A stretch of 64,000 nucleotides of DNA from Candidatus Ryanbacteria bacterium CG10_big_fil_rev_8_21_14_0_10_43_42 (GCA_002793915.1 PFEF01000005.1:7571-71570); one strand, 5' to 3'; counted from the first letter of the stretch, positions 8,888-19,855 are shown. Notes: generated from the letters alone by a model not told the origin. Numbers and translations: made by a program.

Positions 8888-9322
8888 ACGGATAGTATAC
8901 CGCAGTACCGGGTAAGTGGTAAGTGGGTTCTATAAAGAATATGTGAATAGATGTATGAGTGTGGGGAAATAAAAACACCCCTATATGGGTGCAAACAAAG
9001 ATAAACGCCCATATATTTTATGGGCGTCTAGATGCGGCAGGAAATGAGGTGGGGGTTATATGGGTGGAGGTCCTCCGCATAAGTAAAATTTTAAGTAAAG
9101 AACTTAAGGGTCAGCCCGTGGCTGGGCCGGTGAGTATTTCATCTGCCCTCCTCTTTAGGTTGATGTTTAGGTTGATGGGTTGATGAGATTAACGGGATAT
9201 TAGCATAAGGCGTATTATGCGTCAAGCCCTTATGTTTTTTACTGTAAGTAACGGCAAGTAAAAAAATATTGTGAAATAATGCTTTTATTCCAATTAAAGT
9301 AATCAATCTTCTAAAAAAGGAA

Positions 9323-11764
9323 TTAGAGAGTGGTGATGGACGCTATTTTATCATTTGTATCCATCTTCATGATGCGTACGCCTTGTGTGGACCTGCCGAG
9401 CGTGGATACGGTGGATAAGGTGGTGCGAATAACCTGTCCGTGCTGGGAGACAGCGATAAGATCTTCTTCATCGGTTGATATAATGCGCGCGGCAACGATA
9501 GGTCCGGTTTTCGCCGTTATGTTCATAGTCTTAATGCCGGATCCGCCGCGTCCTTGTATTTTATATTCTCCGATATTGGTTTTCTTTCCGAATCCGTTTT
9601 CCGCAACTACCAAAAGTTTCTGATTTTTTGCCGTTTTTGCTATTACGTCGGCTCCCACAACGTTATCATCTTTCTTTAGTTTAATACCGCGCACGCCCGC
9701 TGATGTGCGTCCCATGGTGCGCGTATCTCCTTCCTGAAAGCGGATACTCATCCCTCCCTTGGTAACAAGAATAACGTCATCGCTTTTATGCAGTGTATGC
9801 ACCCACCCGAGCGCATCGCCTGCTCCCAGTTTAATGGCAATAATACCGGATCTTCGGACATCGGTAAAAAATTTCGCTTCTATTTTTTTAACGATACCGC
9901 ATCGGGTAATCATAATAAGAGAAAGTTCCGCAATATCTTTTTGGGCTTTTGGTATGGGCAGAATGGAAGTTATCTGCTCGGTGTCGGCAAGCATGAGAAA
10001 ATTGGCTATGGATTTTCCCTTTGACGTGCGTCGTCCTTCGGGAATTTCATAGGAGTGAATCTGATATACTTTGCCCAGGGAGGTAAAGAATAAGAGATTA
10101 TCATGTGTATGCACGGTAAGAAACTGATCCACAACGTCTTCTTCTTTTGTGGCCATGCCGATAGTGCCCTTTCCACCGCGTTTTTGCATACGATACTCCT
10201 GTGGATCAATGCGCTTAATGTAACCGCTTTTTGTAAGGATGATGGCCGCTTCCTCCTCCGGTACCATGTCTTCTATGGAAATGGATTTTGCGGCATGCGC
10301 TATTACGCGCGTGCGGCGCTCTTCGGGGAATGCTTTTTTCAGTTCCTCTGTTTCATTTTTAATGATGGCTAAAATCTTTTTCGGATCCTTTAAGATGCCC
10401 TTTAATTCGGCAATCAAGCGCAGTTTTTCGGCAAGTTCATCTTCTATTTTTTTACGTTCCAGTCCGGCGAGAGTTTGCAGACGCATTTCAAGAATGGCGC
10501 TTGCTTGTATGGTGGTAAGTGTGAAATTATTTATCAGATTTTTATGTGCTTCTTCTTTATCTTTCGATTTTCTGATTGTGGCTATTACCTTATCAATGTG
10601 GTCAAGGGCGATTTTAAGACCCTCCAGAATATGAGCGCGTTCTTCGGCTTTTGTAAGGTCAAAACGCGTGCGCCTTTCAATAACCACTTGCCGGTGCTTT
10701 ATAAATTCTTCCAGTATTGTTTTGAGAGCGAGAACTTGAGGCTGTAGACCATCTATGAGTGCCAGGGTATTTACATGAAATACGCGCTCCAGATCAGTGT
10801 GCTTATAAAGAGCGTTAAGTACTTTTTGCGGAAAAGCGCCGTTTTTAAGGTCGATGGCTATACGCATACCGTCTTTATCAGATTCATCGCGCAGGTCACG
10901 AATACCCTCTATACGTTTTTGATTTACCAGGTCGGCAATTTTTTCCAGAAGCGTCGTTTTATTCACCTGATAGGGGATGGAGTTGATGATGATTTGGAAT
11001 GATCCCTGTTTTGTTTCTGTTATTTCAGCTTCACCCCGTGTGAGAATACCGCCTCTGCCGGTTGCATAGGTTTGTCGGATGTCTTTTTTATTGAAAATAA
11101 TACCTCCCGTAGGAAAGTCGGGACCTTTTACGAATTCCATTAAATCTTCCGTAGTGGCTTGGGGATTTTCTATTAGGTGTATGATGGCATTCGCGAGTTC
11201 CAGCATGTTGTGCGGTGGAATATTTGTTGCCATGCCAACGGCAATACCCAAAGAGCCATTGAGGAGTAATTGCGGTACAACAGTAGGAAGTACGACGGGT
11301 TCTTGTTTGGATCCGTCATAATTCGGACTAAACGGAACGGTATCTTTTTCAATATCGGCAAGCATAAGCTCGGCAATGCGCGCCATACGGCACTCGGTAT
11401 ACCTCATTGCCGCCGCTGAATCTCCATCAATACTGCCAAAATTACCCTGTCCTTCAATGAGCGGATAGCGAAACGAGAAATCTTGCGCCATGCGCACCAA
11501 AGAGTCGTATACGGCGGTATCTCCGTGCGGATGATATTTCCCCAGTACTTCTCCCACAACATTTGCCGATTTTCTGTATTTGGCAGAATGGGTAAGTCCC
11601 AGCTCATGCATGGCGTATAAAATACGGCGGTGTACGGGCTTTAGTCCGTCACGAACATCGGGGAGGGCGCGCATGACAATAACAGACATCGCATAATCCA
11701 AATACGATTCTTTCATTTCGGTGACAATTTCGCGTCCCTCGGTTCGTTCAATAATATCGTCCAT
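9323..11764 (-). CDS. gyrA: DNA gyrase subunit A
   Basis: 813 aa. N-terminus has [28 protein letters not shown], with the active-site Tyr region, plus C-terminal beta-pinwheel repeats. Confidence 0.95.
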   Translation of the reverse strand: MDDIIERTEGREIVTEMKESYLDYAMSVIVMRALPDVRDGLKPVHRRILYAMHELGLTHSAKYRKSANVVGEVLGKYHPHGDTAVYDSLVRMAQDFSFRYPLIEGQGNFGSIDGDSAAAMRYTECRMARIAELMLADIEKDTVPFSPNYDGSKQEPVVLPTVVPQLLLNGSLGIAVGMATNIPPHNMLELANAIIHLIENPQATTEDLMEFVKGPDFPTGGIIFNKKDIRQTYATGRGGILTRGEAEITETKQGSFQIIINSIPYQVNKTTLLEKIADLVNQKRIEGIRDLRDESDKDGMRIAIDLKNGAFPQKVLNALYKHTDLERVFHVNTLALIDGLQPQVLALKTILEEFIKHRQVVIERRTRFDLTKAEERAHILEGLKIALDHIDKVIATIRKSKDKEEAHKNLINNFTLTTIQASAILEMRLQTLAGLERKKIEDELAEKLRLIAELKGILKDPKKILAIIKNETEELKKAFPEERRTRVIAHAAKSISIEDMVPEEEAAIILTKSGYIKRIDPQEYRMQKRGGKGTIGMATKEEDVVDQFLTVHTHDNLLFFTSLGKVYQIHSYEIPEGRRTSKGKSIANFLMLADTEQITSILPIPKAQKDIAELSLIMITRCGIVKKIEAKFFTDVRRSGIIAIKLGAGDALGWVHTLHKSDDVILVTKGGMSIRFQEGDTRTMGRTSAGVRGIKLKKDDNVVGADVIAKTAKNQKLLVVAENGFGKKTNIGEYKIQGRGGSGIKTMNITAKTGPIVAARIISTDEEDLIAVSQHGQVIRTTLSTVSTLGRSTQGVRIMKMDTNDKIASITTL

Positions 11765-11790
11765 AAAAAGTAATGGGAAGTATAATTATA

Positions 11791-12042
11791 TTAATCGTAA
11801 AAATGTGTAATGGAATCATGAATCATTTCTCCCAAAAAAGAAAATGGGGAGGAAATATCGGCGGAAAAATCCTTAAACAAAATGGTTGGAGATGATTCTT
11901 TAATGGTAAGAGAATGTCTTGTAACGGCAAGCCACATACCGATAATGCTTGTCATGATCAGAGCAACGCTTATGAAAAGAATGCGTTTTCGTATATGTTT
12001 CGGCTTGTTTTGTACGCGAGCGATAAATGAAAAAAAATCCAT
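11791..12042 (-). CDS. small hypothetical membrane protein
   Basis: 83 aa with a single TM helix (ILFISVALIMTSIIGMWLAV). Lies directly downstream of gyrA. Confidence 0.4.
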   Translation of the reverse strand: MDFFSFIARVQNKPKHIRKRILFISVALIMTSIIGMWLAVTRHSLTIKESSPTILFKDFSADISSPFSFLGEMIHDSITHFYD

Positions 12043-12092
12043 AAGGGTTAACTTGTTTTTATAGTGAAATTGCTCAATGCCGATATGTTCGT

Positions 12093-12704
12093 TTATTTGC
12101 CGCCCTGCAAATAAACGAGCCGCATACCTTCCGTTGGCAGATCCTTTATTTTAAACGTGAACTTTTCCTCCGGCTTGGTTCCTTCTCCGAATTCTTTAAT
12201 AAATGCATCGGGCGCGTCAAGAGGAAGAGAAAGTCCCGGAAGTGCATAATACATAGGAATAATAATACGCGGTTCAATTTGAGTTACAATAGTTGCCGCT
12301 TCCGATGCGGTAATGGAGTTACTTCCTCCGACAGGTACAAAGAGCACATCCGGTGTGCCGATAAAGGCGCGTATTTCATCAGATAGCTTTGCTGTGCCGA
12401 TGGGTCCTAGATGACAAAGGCGCATCCCTTCCCATTCTATTGTATATAATGTGGCAAGTTCGCCCGCCATACCTTCTATGGTAATGCCTTTTACCTCATA
12501 TTCTCCCGGATCAGTTATAAGAAATGGGTTTCCCGTGAGGGTATCCATGGTATTGTGTGCGGCATTTGCTTTGGTGGTAAGAGCCACATCTGCCTGAAAC
12601 CGCGGGGGAGTAAGGCCTGTTTCTTTTGAAAAAGGATCAATCGCAAGAACCGTATCTCCCGATTGAATTTTAAAGCATGTCACGCCATAATAGGTGATTA
12701 TCAT
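12093..12704 (-). CDS. MBL-fold metal-dependent hydrolase (UPF0173-like)
   Basis: 203 aa. Starts MIITYYGVTCFKIQSGDTVLAIDPF, typical of the UlaG/UPF0173 beta-lactamase-fold family. Confidence 0.5.
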   Translation of the reverse strand: MIITYYGVTCFKIQSGDTVLAIDPFSKETGLTPPRFQADVALTTKANAAHNTMDTLTGNPFLITDPGEYEVKGITIEGMAGELATLYTIEWEGMRLCHLGPIGTAKLSDEIRAFIGTPDVLFVPVGGSNSITASEAATIVTQIEPRIIIPMYYALPGLSLPLDAPDAFIKEFGEGTKPEEKFTFKIKDLPTEGMRLVYLQGGK

Positions 12705-12800
12705 TTTCGCATTGTAGCGTTTTATACATGCTTTGGATAGCTTGACAAATTTATAAATACAATATAGAGTATTGTAAAACTCATTGATGAGGAGGGTGTT

Positions 12801-13181
12801 ATGGAAAGGGGTTTTAGGCCTTGGGAAGTGCCGTTTGTGATGTTGGCGGTTTTATACCTTATGTCGGAAGAAGGAGAGCAGGGACTTACTATCCATGAGA
12901 TAATTGACCATGTTTACAGTATAAATGAAGGGAAGCGCAAGCTTTTTTATGGAACGGCACGAAATGCGCTTTTTCGTATGGAGCGCATGCGTTATGTCAA
13001 AATGACATGGGAGTTGAGAAAAACAAAAAGGGGCAACCGTCATATGTGGGAAGTGACCATTCTCCCCGCAGGGATGGATGCCCTCCAGGAAGAACTGAAA
13101 ATGGTTGCTTCCCAGTTTAGCTTTGTCCTTGCTGTACGAAATGTTGATATGTTGAATATTCGCCGCCGTAAAGCGGCATAA
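12801..13181 (+). CDS. PadR-like winged-helix transcriptional regulator (putative)
   Basis: 126 aa. The pattern GLTIHEI...YGTARNALFRMERMRYVKMTWE...RGNRHMWEVTILPAG resembles PadR. Confidence 0.4.
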   Translation: MERGFRPWEVPFVMLAVLYLMSEEGEQGLTIHEIIDHVYSINEGKRKLFYGTARNALFRMERMRYVKMTWELRKTKRGNRHMWEVTILPAGMDALQEELKMVASQFSFVLAVRNVDMLNIRRRKAA

Positions 13182-13183
13182 GG

Positions 13184-13210
13184 GCCGGAACGTATTGCTC
13201 CGGTTTTTTT
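13184..13210 (+). terminator. Rho-independent terminator
   Basis: Hairpin gccgga-N9-tccggt followed by T7. Confidence 0.65.
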
Positions 13211-13253
13211 CTTGCATTTTTTTTAAATCTCCGTATACTGACGGATACATATT

Positions 13254-14513
13254 ATGACTGAAGAACAAGCCCACAACAAGGACACGTCCCTTCATCGAGC
13301 ACCGGAAGGAAGCGAAGAAAACGGCGGTACCGATCAGGCAACAGCTGTTTTGGATGATGCTGAGCACGCCGCTTCCCAGCGCCGGTTTATGGATGCCGTA
13401 TATAAGATTATGCAACCTATTGCTGTGCCTAAAGTCGGCGAGCTCATGGATGGTGTAATAATTGCCCGTAAGGGGCCGTATGTTTATATTGATCTGGGTC
13501 CTTTCGGCACCGGTGTTATTTATGGTCGCGAGTACTATAATGCCCGTGATCTCATAAAGCCGCTCAAAACGGGAGATGCCGTAACTGCAAAGGTGGTGGA
13601 AATAGAAAATGAGGATGGATATGTTGAGCTTTCTCTGCGTGAGGCGGGACGGGATAAAATATGGCAAGAAGCTGAAGACCTCATGAAGAAGAAACAGCCG
13701 GTACCTATGAAGGTATTTGCGGCCAATAAGGGCGGACTTGTTATTTATTGGAACGGCGTACAGGGATTCCTTCCGGTATCACAGCTTACAGCAAAACATT
13801 ATCCGCGTGTGGAAGGGGGTGATAAAGGACGCATTCTTTCCGAGCTTCAGAAATTTGTGGGCGGGTTTATGGACGTAACAATTCTTGATTATGACCCTAA
13901 AGAAGAAAAACTTATCTTCTCGGAGAAAAACGTGGAATCGGATGAACTGAAAGAAACATTATCTCATTATGAGGTGGGACAGGAGATCGAAGGAGAGGTG
14001 ACGGGAGTTGTTGATTTTGGTGTATTTGTGAAAATAGAAGAAGGTCTTGAGGGACTTGCTCATATCTCTGAACTGGATTGGGGGCTTGTTGAAAACCCTT
14101 CCGATCTTTTTTCGGTGGGGGAGAACGTACGCGCTAAAATAATCAGTATTGAAGGCGGTAAAATTTCCCTTTCCATCAAGGCGTTAAAACATGATCCGTG
14201 GCAGGATTTTGCCGGTAAGCACGCGAAGGGTGATATTGTGGAAGGTCATGTTAAAAAGCTTGATAAGTTCGGCGCCTTTATTGAAATTCCCAAATTCTCT
14301 TTGAGTGGTCTGGTGCATATTTCCGAATTTGGTTCCGAAAAAGTTATGAACGAATCTTTGGAGGCGGGAAAAGATTATCATTTTCAAATTTTAAATTTAA
14401 ACCCGGCAGACAGAAAACTATCTCTTAGTTTTGTCAAAGAAGGAGGTGAAGCAAGTACGAAGAAGGTCAAGAAAGAAGAAAAAGAAAAACCTGACACCGA
14501 GAAGGAAGAATAA
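13254..14513 (+). CDS. rpsA: 30S ribosomal protein S1
   Basis: 419 aa with four S1 domains (GxV..G..FGVFV / GAFIEI signatures) and a KE-rich tail. Confidence 0.85.
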   Translation: MTEEQAHNKDTSLHRAPEGSEENGGTDQATAVLDDAEHAASQRRFMDAVYKIMQPIAVPKVGELMDGVIIARKGPYVYIDLGPFGTGVIYGREYYNARDLIKPLKTGDAVTAKVVEIENEDGYVELSLREAGRDKIWQEAEDLMKKKQPVPMKVFAANKGGLVIYWNGVQGFLPVSQLTAKHYPRVEGGDKGRILSELQKFVGGFMDVTILDYDPKEEKLIFSEKNVESDELKETLSHYEVGQEIEGEVTGVVDFGVFVKIEEGLEGLAHISELDWGLVENPSDLFSVGENVRAKIISIEGGKISLSIKALKHDPWQDFAGKHAKGDIVEGHVKKLDKFGAFIEIPKFSLSGLVHISEFGSEKVMNESLEAGKDYHFQILNLNPADRKLSLSFVKEGGEASTKKVKKEEKEKPDTEKEE

Positions 14514-14537
14514 CGAAATAAAAACAAAAAGCAAAAA

Positions 14538-14571
14538 ACAGCAGTTATCTTTAACAGCTGCTGTTTTTTTG
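14538..14571 (+). terminator. Rho-independent terminator after rpsA
   Basis: Stem acagcag/ctgctgt followed by T7. Confidence 0.7.
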
Positions 14572-14581
14572 GGAGGCATGT

Positions 14582-14857
14582 ATGAATCGAGCGGAAGAGA
14601 AAGAGTTATTTGAATATGCGGTGGTGCGCTTCATTAAAAAGGCATCCCCCGTCGATATGCGCATTTTGTCTTGTATGATCAAAGAAGTATCGCTCAAGCA
14701 TAATCATGAATGCATCATATGGGCGTGGCAAGAGAAGTGTGGCAAACTTAATATAAAAAACGATTACGGCGTTACGGAAAAGGTGCGTGATGAACAACGC
14801 CGCTATTATAGCTGTCCGCAGGAATGTTGCATCGCGTTTCTTCGCTTCATAAGATAA
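14582..14857 (+). CDS. hypothetical protein
   Basis: 91 aa ORF, no recognisable motif. It sits between the terminator and the convergent mfd. Confidence 0.35.
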   Translation: MNRAEEKELFEYAVVRFIKKASPVDMRILSCMIKEVSLKHNHECIIWAWQEKCGKLNIKNDYGVTEKVRDEQRRYYSCPQECCIAFLRFIR

Positions 14858-14859
14858 TC

Positions 14860-16935
14860 TTATGAAGTTTTTTTATGCTGTAGCTCTTCCACCGCTTCCG
14901 CTAGCATTTGGCAGTAAAGATTCATACCAATCTGATTTACATGTCCGGATTGATTGCGTCCGAGTATGTTTCCCGCGCCACGAATATCTAAATCACGCAT
15001 GGCTATGTCCTGCCCGGCGCCAAGATATTGTGTACGAAACAAGGCATCCAGACGCATAGAGGCCTTTTCTTTGAGATGTTTCGCCTGATAAAGAAAGTAG
15101 GCGTATGACTGCACGGAACTGCGCCCGATGCGTCCGCGAAGTTGATGCGCTTGGGAAAGTCCGATACGAGAGGCGTCTTCCACAATAAGTGTGTTCGCGT
15201 TTGAGATATCAATGCCGTTTTCAATAATGGTGGTGGCAAGAAGAATATCCGTTTTATGGTCGCGAAAGTCATGGATGGTGGAAATAATATCATCTTCTTT
15301 CATGCGTCCGTGTATGGTGCCGATACGGGCACGGGGAATCAGTTTTTGCAGAAACTCTTTTGTAGGACTTAATGTGCGAATACGGTTTGATAAAAAATAT
15401 ACTTGTCCTCCACGCTCCAGTTCCGCTTCAAGTGCCTGTGCAACGGTACGTTTTCCAAAAGGAAGGATGAATGTTTTTGGCGCTATGCGATCCGGCGGAG
15501 GCGTATGAATAGAGCTCATGGTGCGCAGGGATGAAAGGGCGAAATGGAGCGTGCGTGGTATGGGCGTTGCCGAAAGAGACAATACGTCCGTTCCCTCTCG
15601 CTTATTCTTCAGCTGTTCTTTTTGTTTCACGCCGAAGCGTTGTTCCTCATCTATAATAAGAAGACCTAATTGTCTGAACTCTATATCTTTTGAAAGGAGG
15701 CGGTGCGTACCTATAACAATATCAACCGTACCTGCTTGCAAGCGGCGCACAATATCACCCTGTTCTTTTTTCCCTTCTACACGGCTTAATCGTTCCACAC
15801 AAACGGGGAATTCTGCAAAACGGCCGGAAAATGTTTCAAAATGTTGTTCGGCAAGAATGGTTGTGGGAGCTATTATAGCAACTTGCCTCTTGTTGAGAAC
15901 TGAACGAAATGCGGCACGGAGTGCTACCTCTGTTTTTCCAAAACCGACATCCGCCAAAAGAAGATGATCCATGGGATGAGGAGATGCCATTTCCGAAAGA
16001 ATACTCTCAATGGCGCGTATCTGATCGGGTGTTTCTATGTGTTCGAATCCGGCGGCGAGTTCTGCCTCCATAAGAGGAGTTGCGAGAGCGGGTGTTCGTT
16101 CGGCAAGCTCACGAGTTGCATACAAGGTAAGAAGATCTCGCGCGAATGCGATAATATCTTCCCGGACTTTTTTCTTTGTGCTGTACCATGTCGATCCTCC
16201 CAGGCGATGTATGGCTGGTGTACGGAATCCAACATAGGGGGTTATTTTTTTTATCATATCCTCCGGCACTAATAGTATATCCGGAGGCGCATTTGCTCCC
16301 TTTGGTCGCGCATATTCGATTTGAAGATACGACGCATGCGCATTATTCGCGGGTATTTCCGGCGTCACGGAAGGATTTATCGGCACGGCACTCTTTTTTG
16401 TATTTTCTGGCGGCGGTATTGGGGCGACAGGTTTACTATCTCTTTGGATAATTCCCTTAAAAATTCCTACGCCATGATCCACATGCACAACAAAATCACC
16501 GGGGCGAAGAGATCCCAATGAGCATTTCTCAAGAAGTTTCTTTTGTGATGCGTCAAGTTCCGCTACGGGTACCGGCGGCGGTATGGCTTCAATTTCTTCC
16601 ACCGTATTTCCCAAAAAATCTATACGGTACGGTGTTTTCGTATTAATGGGAAATATGCGCACCTCACCTCCCATAACCGTACACTCACCAGGATATGTAA
16701 GCATATGTACTTTTTCGTAGCCAAGATCGTTTATAGTGCGGAGAAATTCGGATATTTTAAGGGGGGTATTTTTTGTGATAAGAGTCGTATGTGTGCGCCA
16801 GAAAGGGTTTAATGTGCGCGCATGCCGTATGGCTTTGGTATTTTTTCCAAACCAAACAACGGACTTTTCCAAAAGATGGGGGTGTAGTCCGGCTATAAGA
16901 AGTTCCTGTAATTTATCTGCCTTTTTCGGTGGCAC
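14860..16935 (-). CDS. mfd: transcription-repair coupling factor Mfd, compact form lacking the N-terminal UvrB-homology module
   Basis: 691 aa. Present: VRIFPINTKTPYRIDFLGNTVEEIE (D3-like), RNAP-interacting motif VHVDHGVGIFKGI, SF2 helicase motifs (GFGKTEVA, DEEQRFGV, LSATPIPRTL, QLRGRIGRS) and the TRG motif DIRGAGNILG. Confidence 0.85.
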   Translation of the reverse strand: MPPKKADKLQELLIAGLHPHLLEKSVVWFGKNTKAIRHARTLNPFWRTHTTLITKNTPLKISEFLRTINDLGYEKVHMLTYPGECTVMGGEVRIFPINTKTPYRIDFLGNTVEEIEAIPPPVPVAELDASQKKLLEKCSLGSLRPGDFVVHVDHGVGIFKGIIQRDSKPVAPIPPPENTKKSAVPINPSVTPEIPANNAHASYLQIEYARPKGANAPPDILLVPEDMIKKITPYVGFRTPAIHRLGGSTWYSTKKKVREDIIAFARDLLTLYATRELAERTPALATPLMEAELAAGFEHIETPDQIRAIESILSEMASPHPMDHLLLADVGFGKTEVALRAAFRSVLNKRQVAIIAPTTILAEQHFETFSGRFAEFPVCVERLSRVEGKKEQGDIVRRLQAGTVDIVIGTHRLLSKDIEFRQLGLLIIDEEQRFGVKQKEQLKNKREGTDVLSLSATPIPRTLHFALSSLRTMSSIHTPPPDRIAPKTFILPFGKRTVAQALEAELERGGQVYFLSNRIRTLSPTKEFLQKLIPRARIGTIHGRMKEDDIISTIHDFRDHKTDILLATTIIENGIDISNANTLIVEDASRIGLSQAHQLRGRIGRSSVQSYAYFLYQAKHLKEKASMRLDALFRTQYLGAGQDIAMRDLDIRGAGNILGRNQSGHVNQIGMNLYCQMLAEAVEELQHKKTS

Positions 16936-17104
16936 ATTGTTTTATATACTATAGAAATAAATAGCAAACAAGGGGGGTACTGTGGAACTGAAAAAAAACA
17001 TCCCTACGCGGTCTTTTGAAGCATGGGCGGAGGGTAGTAGTATTATCGGTTTGGTTGCTTTCAGGTTCGTGCTCCTTGGTATTATAGGCATTGCCGTTGT
17101 CGCG

Positions 17105-17725
17105 TTATTTTTCTGAATGCACGGCATTCATTGCCTTTGAGAGTCCGTAACAGAGCACCGCTTCCACGGCAGAAGCGGCTTTTTTTACCCCCTTTTTCAG
17201 CACCGTTTTTTCTGCGGGAGACAAAGGGCCTGTCACTATCTTATGAACAATTGCTTTGCTTTGTGATTTTTTAATGTCGCTTGCTTTTGCAATACCAATG
17301 CGTATGCGCGTAAATTCCTTTGTTTTAAGGGAACGTACAATGGATTCAATCCCTTTGTGTCCGGCGGTACCGCGATTAAACATTATTTTTACGGTTCCGA
17401 GAGGCAGATCCAAATCATCGTGCACCACAATAACACGTTCTGTGATTTGTTTTTTAGACGGAATTTTAAGCGCCGTTGTTGTACGCCCGGAATTATTCAT
17501 AAATGTTTCGGGAAGTAAGAGGAGTACGGGTTTTTTTGCAATATACCCCTCTGAAACAAGTGCTTGTAGTTTTTTTTCTTCTTTGAACGAAGAGAAATTA
17601 TTATCATGTGCTAAAAGTTCCAGTGCCGCCCGCCCGGCATTATGCCGTGTGTCTGCGTATTCCGCTCCCGGGTTGCCGAGCCCCAAAATATATATTGGTT
17701 TTTTGTTCATGTATTCATTATGCAC
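17105..17725 (-). CDS. pth: peptidyl-tRNA hydrolase
   Basis: 206 aa. IYILGLGNPGAEYADTRHNAGRAALELLA is the canonical Pth N-terminus. Confidence 0.9.
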   Translation of the reverse strand: MHNEYMNKKPIYILGLGNPGAEYADTRHNAGRAALELLAHDNNFSSFKEEKKLQALVSEGYIAKKPVLLLLPETFMNNSGRTTTALKIPSKKQITERVIVVHDDLDLPLGTVKIMFNRGTAGHKGIESIVRSLKTKEFTRIRIGIAKASDIKKSQSKAIVHKIVTGPLSPAEKTVLKKGVKKAASAVEAVLCYGLSKAMNAVHSEK

Positions 17726-17775
17726 GACCGGTACTCATTTTAACAATAAAGCGAATCCTTGATTTTTACTGAAAT

Positions 17776-18429
17776 ATGGGGTATTATTGTCTTTATAGAA
17801 TAAAAAATATGCAAGAAACACAGGAAAAAAAATCAACACATAAAGAAGATGAAGATATAGCGATTACAAAAAACGAGACGAAAGACAAGCACCGATCTTT
17901 TAAGGAAGAAGTTTTTGATCTCTTTAAAGTTATCGTTATTTCTCTCGTTATCGTACTTCCCATTCGGTTGTATGTAGCTCAACCCTTTATTGTACGCGGC
18001 GCTTCTATGGAGCCAAATTTCTCAAATGGGGAATATCTCATCGTTGATGAAATTTCTTATCGCTTACATGAGCCGAGGCGCGGGGACGTTATCGTGTTTC
18101 GATATCCGGAAGATCCTTCGCAATTTTTTATAAAACGCATTATTGGCCTTCCGGAAGATACGGTAATCATTAAAAGTGGGACGGTTACCATTCAAAATGA
18201 TAATTATCCTAATGGATTATCTCTCGATGAAACATATATCCCTTCGGAAACACGCACCGTACCGGACGGAGAAATCACGGTGGGCAAGGATGAATATTTC
18301 GTATTGGGAGATAATCGTGAATTTAGTTCCGATTCCCGAAGATGGGGAATGCTTAACGAGGAATTTCTTGTGGGACGCGCATGGCTTCGGCTGTGGCCCC
18401 TTCTTAATATTGGGGTAATCGGAGAGTAA
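17776..18429 (+). CDS. lepB: signal peptidase I
   Basis: 217 aa. Boxes present: VRGASMEPNF (catalytic Ser), GDNREFSSDSRRWG (box E) and the catalytic Lys region. The start may instead be at 17809. Confidence 0.85.
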   Translation: MGYYCLYRIKNMQETQEKKSTHKEDEDIAITKNETKDKHRSFKEEVFDLFKVIVISLVIVLPIRLYVAQPFIVRGASMEPNFSNGEYLIVDEISYRLHEPRRGDVIVFRYPEDPSQFFIKRIIGLPEDTVIIKSGTVTIQNDNYPNGLSLDETYIPSETRTVPDGEITVGKDEYFVLGDNREFSSDSRRWGMLNEEFLVGRAWLRLWPLLNIGVIGE

Positions 18430-18468
18430 GGTGTTAGTAATGTTATAAGTTTAATTGAGTATACCAGT

Positions 18469-19809
18469 ATGCCGGCAAAAAGAATTCCAAAAGAACAGAT
18501 ACAAACTCCCAAAGGAACACGGGATATTCTGGCTCAAGATGCGCCTTATTTTGAGCGCGTTATTCAGGTAGCAGAAGAGATTACGCGTTTTTACGGTTTT
18601 ATGCTTATTCAGACACCGCATTTTGAAAAAACAGAAATCTTTGAACGCACACTTGGCGAAGCGAGTGATATTGTCGAAAAGGAAATGTATAATTTTCGCA
18701 CGCGGGGCGGAGATCATCTTACTTTGCGCCCGGAAGCAACGGCGGGTATTGCGCGGGCGTACATTCAGCATGGCATGGGATCGTGGCCGCAACCGGTAAA
18801 GATTTATACGCACGGATCTTTTTTTCGGCATGAGCGTCCTCAACGAGGCCGCTTTCGGGAACTAAGACAATTTGACTGGGAGATATTAGGGGAAGATGAT
18901 CCTATTACTGATTCCCTTGTTATTCGTATCATGTATACGGTTCTTGTTGAGCTCGGGTTTAAAAATATCGCTGTTCAGATTAACAGCATCGGGGACACCG
19001 AATCACGCGCAGTATACAGAAAAGAGCTTGTTGCTTTTTATCGGAAAAATGTAAATACTCTTTGCAAAGACTGTAAGCGTCGTTTGAAGGAAAATCCTCT
19101 TCGTTTGCTTGATTGCAAGGAGCATACCTGCATCGAACTTCGGGAAGATGCGCCGCAAATAATTAAATATCTGGGAGATGCGTCCAAAAAACGTTTTAAA
19201 TGCCTGCTCGAATTTTTGGAGGAAGGAGATATTTCTTATTTTATCAATCCGTATTTGGTGCGCGGATTGGATTATTATACCGATACGGTATTTGAGATAT
19301 TTGTTAATTGCGAGGATGCATCCGGTATTATGGAACAGGAAAATACAGATGGGAATAAGCCGACGCCGCTCGCACTTGGAGGGGGTGGCCGATATGATGG
19401 CCTTATGAAAATATTGGGAGGAAAACCCACGCCGGGAGTGGGTGCCGCATTGGGTATTGATCGGATAGTAATGGAAATGAAAGAACAGGGACTTAAAGCC
19501 GCCGAAGAAGTTCGTCCGCATGTGTTTCTCGTGCAGTTAGGACCTTCCGCAAAGCGTAAATCATTCGGACTCATGGAAGAATTTCGTAAGGCGCATATCC
19601 CTATAATGGAATCGGTGGGAAAAGATTCTATTAAAAGTCAGCTTAAAATTGCGGATAAGGTGGAGGCGGATTACACGCTTATTTTGGGGCAAAAAGAAGC
19701 ATTGGATGGCACGGTCATTGTGCGTGAAATGACTACGGGCGTTCAGGAGACGGTACGGATGGCGGACGTGGTACAGAATGTTAAAGACAAGCTAAAAAAG
19801 AAGCGCTAG
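18469..19809 (+). CDS. hisS: histidine--tRNA ligase
   Basis: 446 aa with class II aaRS motifs. GGGGRYDGL motif 3 and the C-terminal anticodon-binding domain are present. Confidence 0.9.
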   Translation: MPAKRIPKEQIQTPKGTRDILAQDAPYFERVIQVAEEITRFYGFMLIQTPHFEKTEIFERTLGEASDIVEKEMYNFRTRGGDHLTLRPEATAGIARAYIQHGMGSWPQPVKIYTHGSFFRHERPQRGRFRELRQFDWEILGEDDPITDSLVIRIMYTVLVELGFKNIAVQINSIGDTESRAVYRKELVAFYRKNVNTLCKDCKRRLKENPLRLLDCKEHTCIELREDAPQIIKYLGDASKKRFKCLLEFLEEGDISYFINPYLVRGLDYYTDTVFEIFVNCEDASGIMEQENTDGNKPTPLALGGGGRYDGLMKILGGKPTPGVGAALGIDRIVMEMKEQGLKAAEEVRPHVFLVQLGPSAKRKSFGLMEEFRKAHIPIMESVGKDSIKSQLKIADKVEADYTLILGQKEALDGTVIVREMTTGVQETVRMADVVQNVKDKLKKKR

Positions 19810-19855
19810 GGTTTCCTAACTCAATCAGTGCCTTTTGTGGTACAACATACATTTT

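Noticed and set aside
9330-11607. Multiple ORFs of both strands inside gyrA (e.g. 10239..10634+, 9759..10052+)
   Set aside because: They are antisense or out-of-frame overlaps of a canonical 813-aa GyrA ORF.
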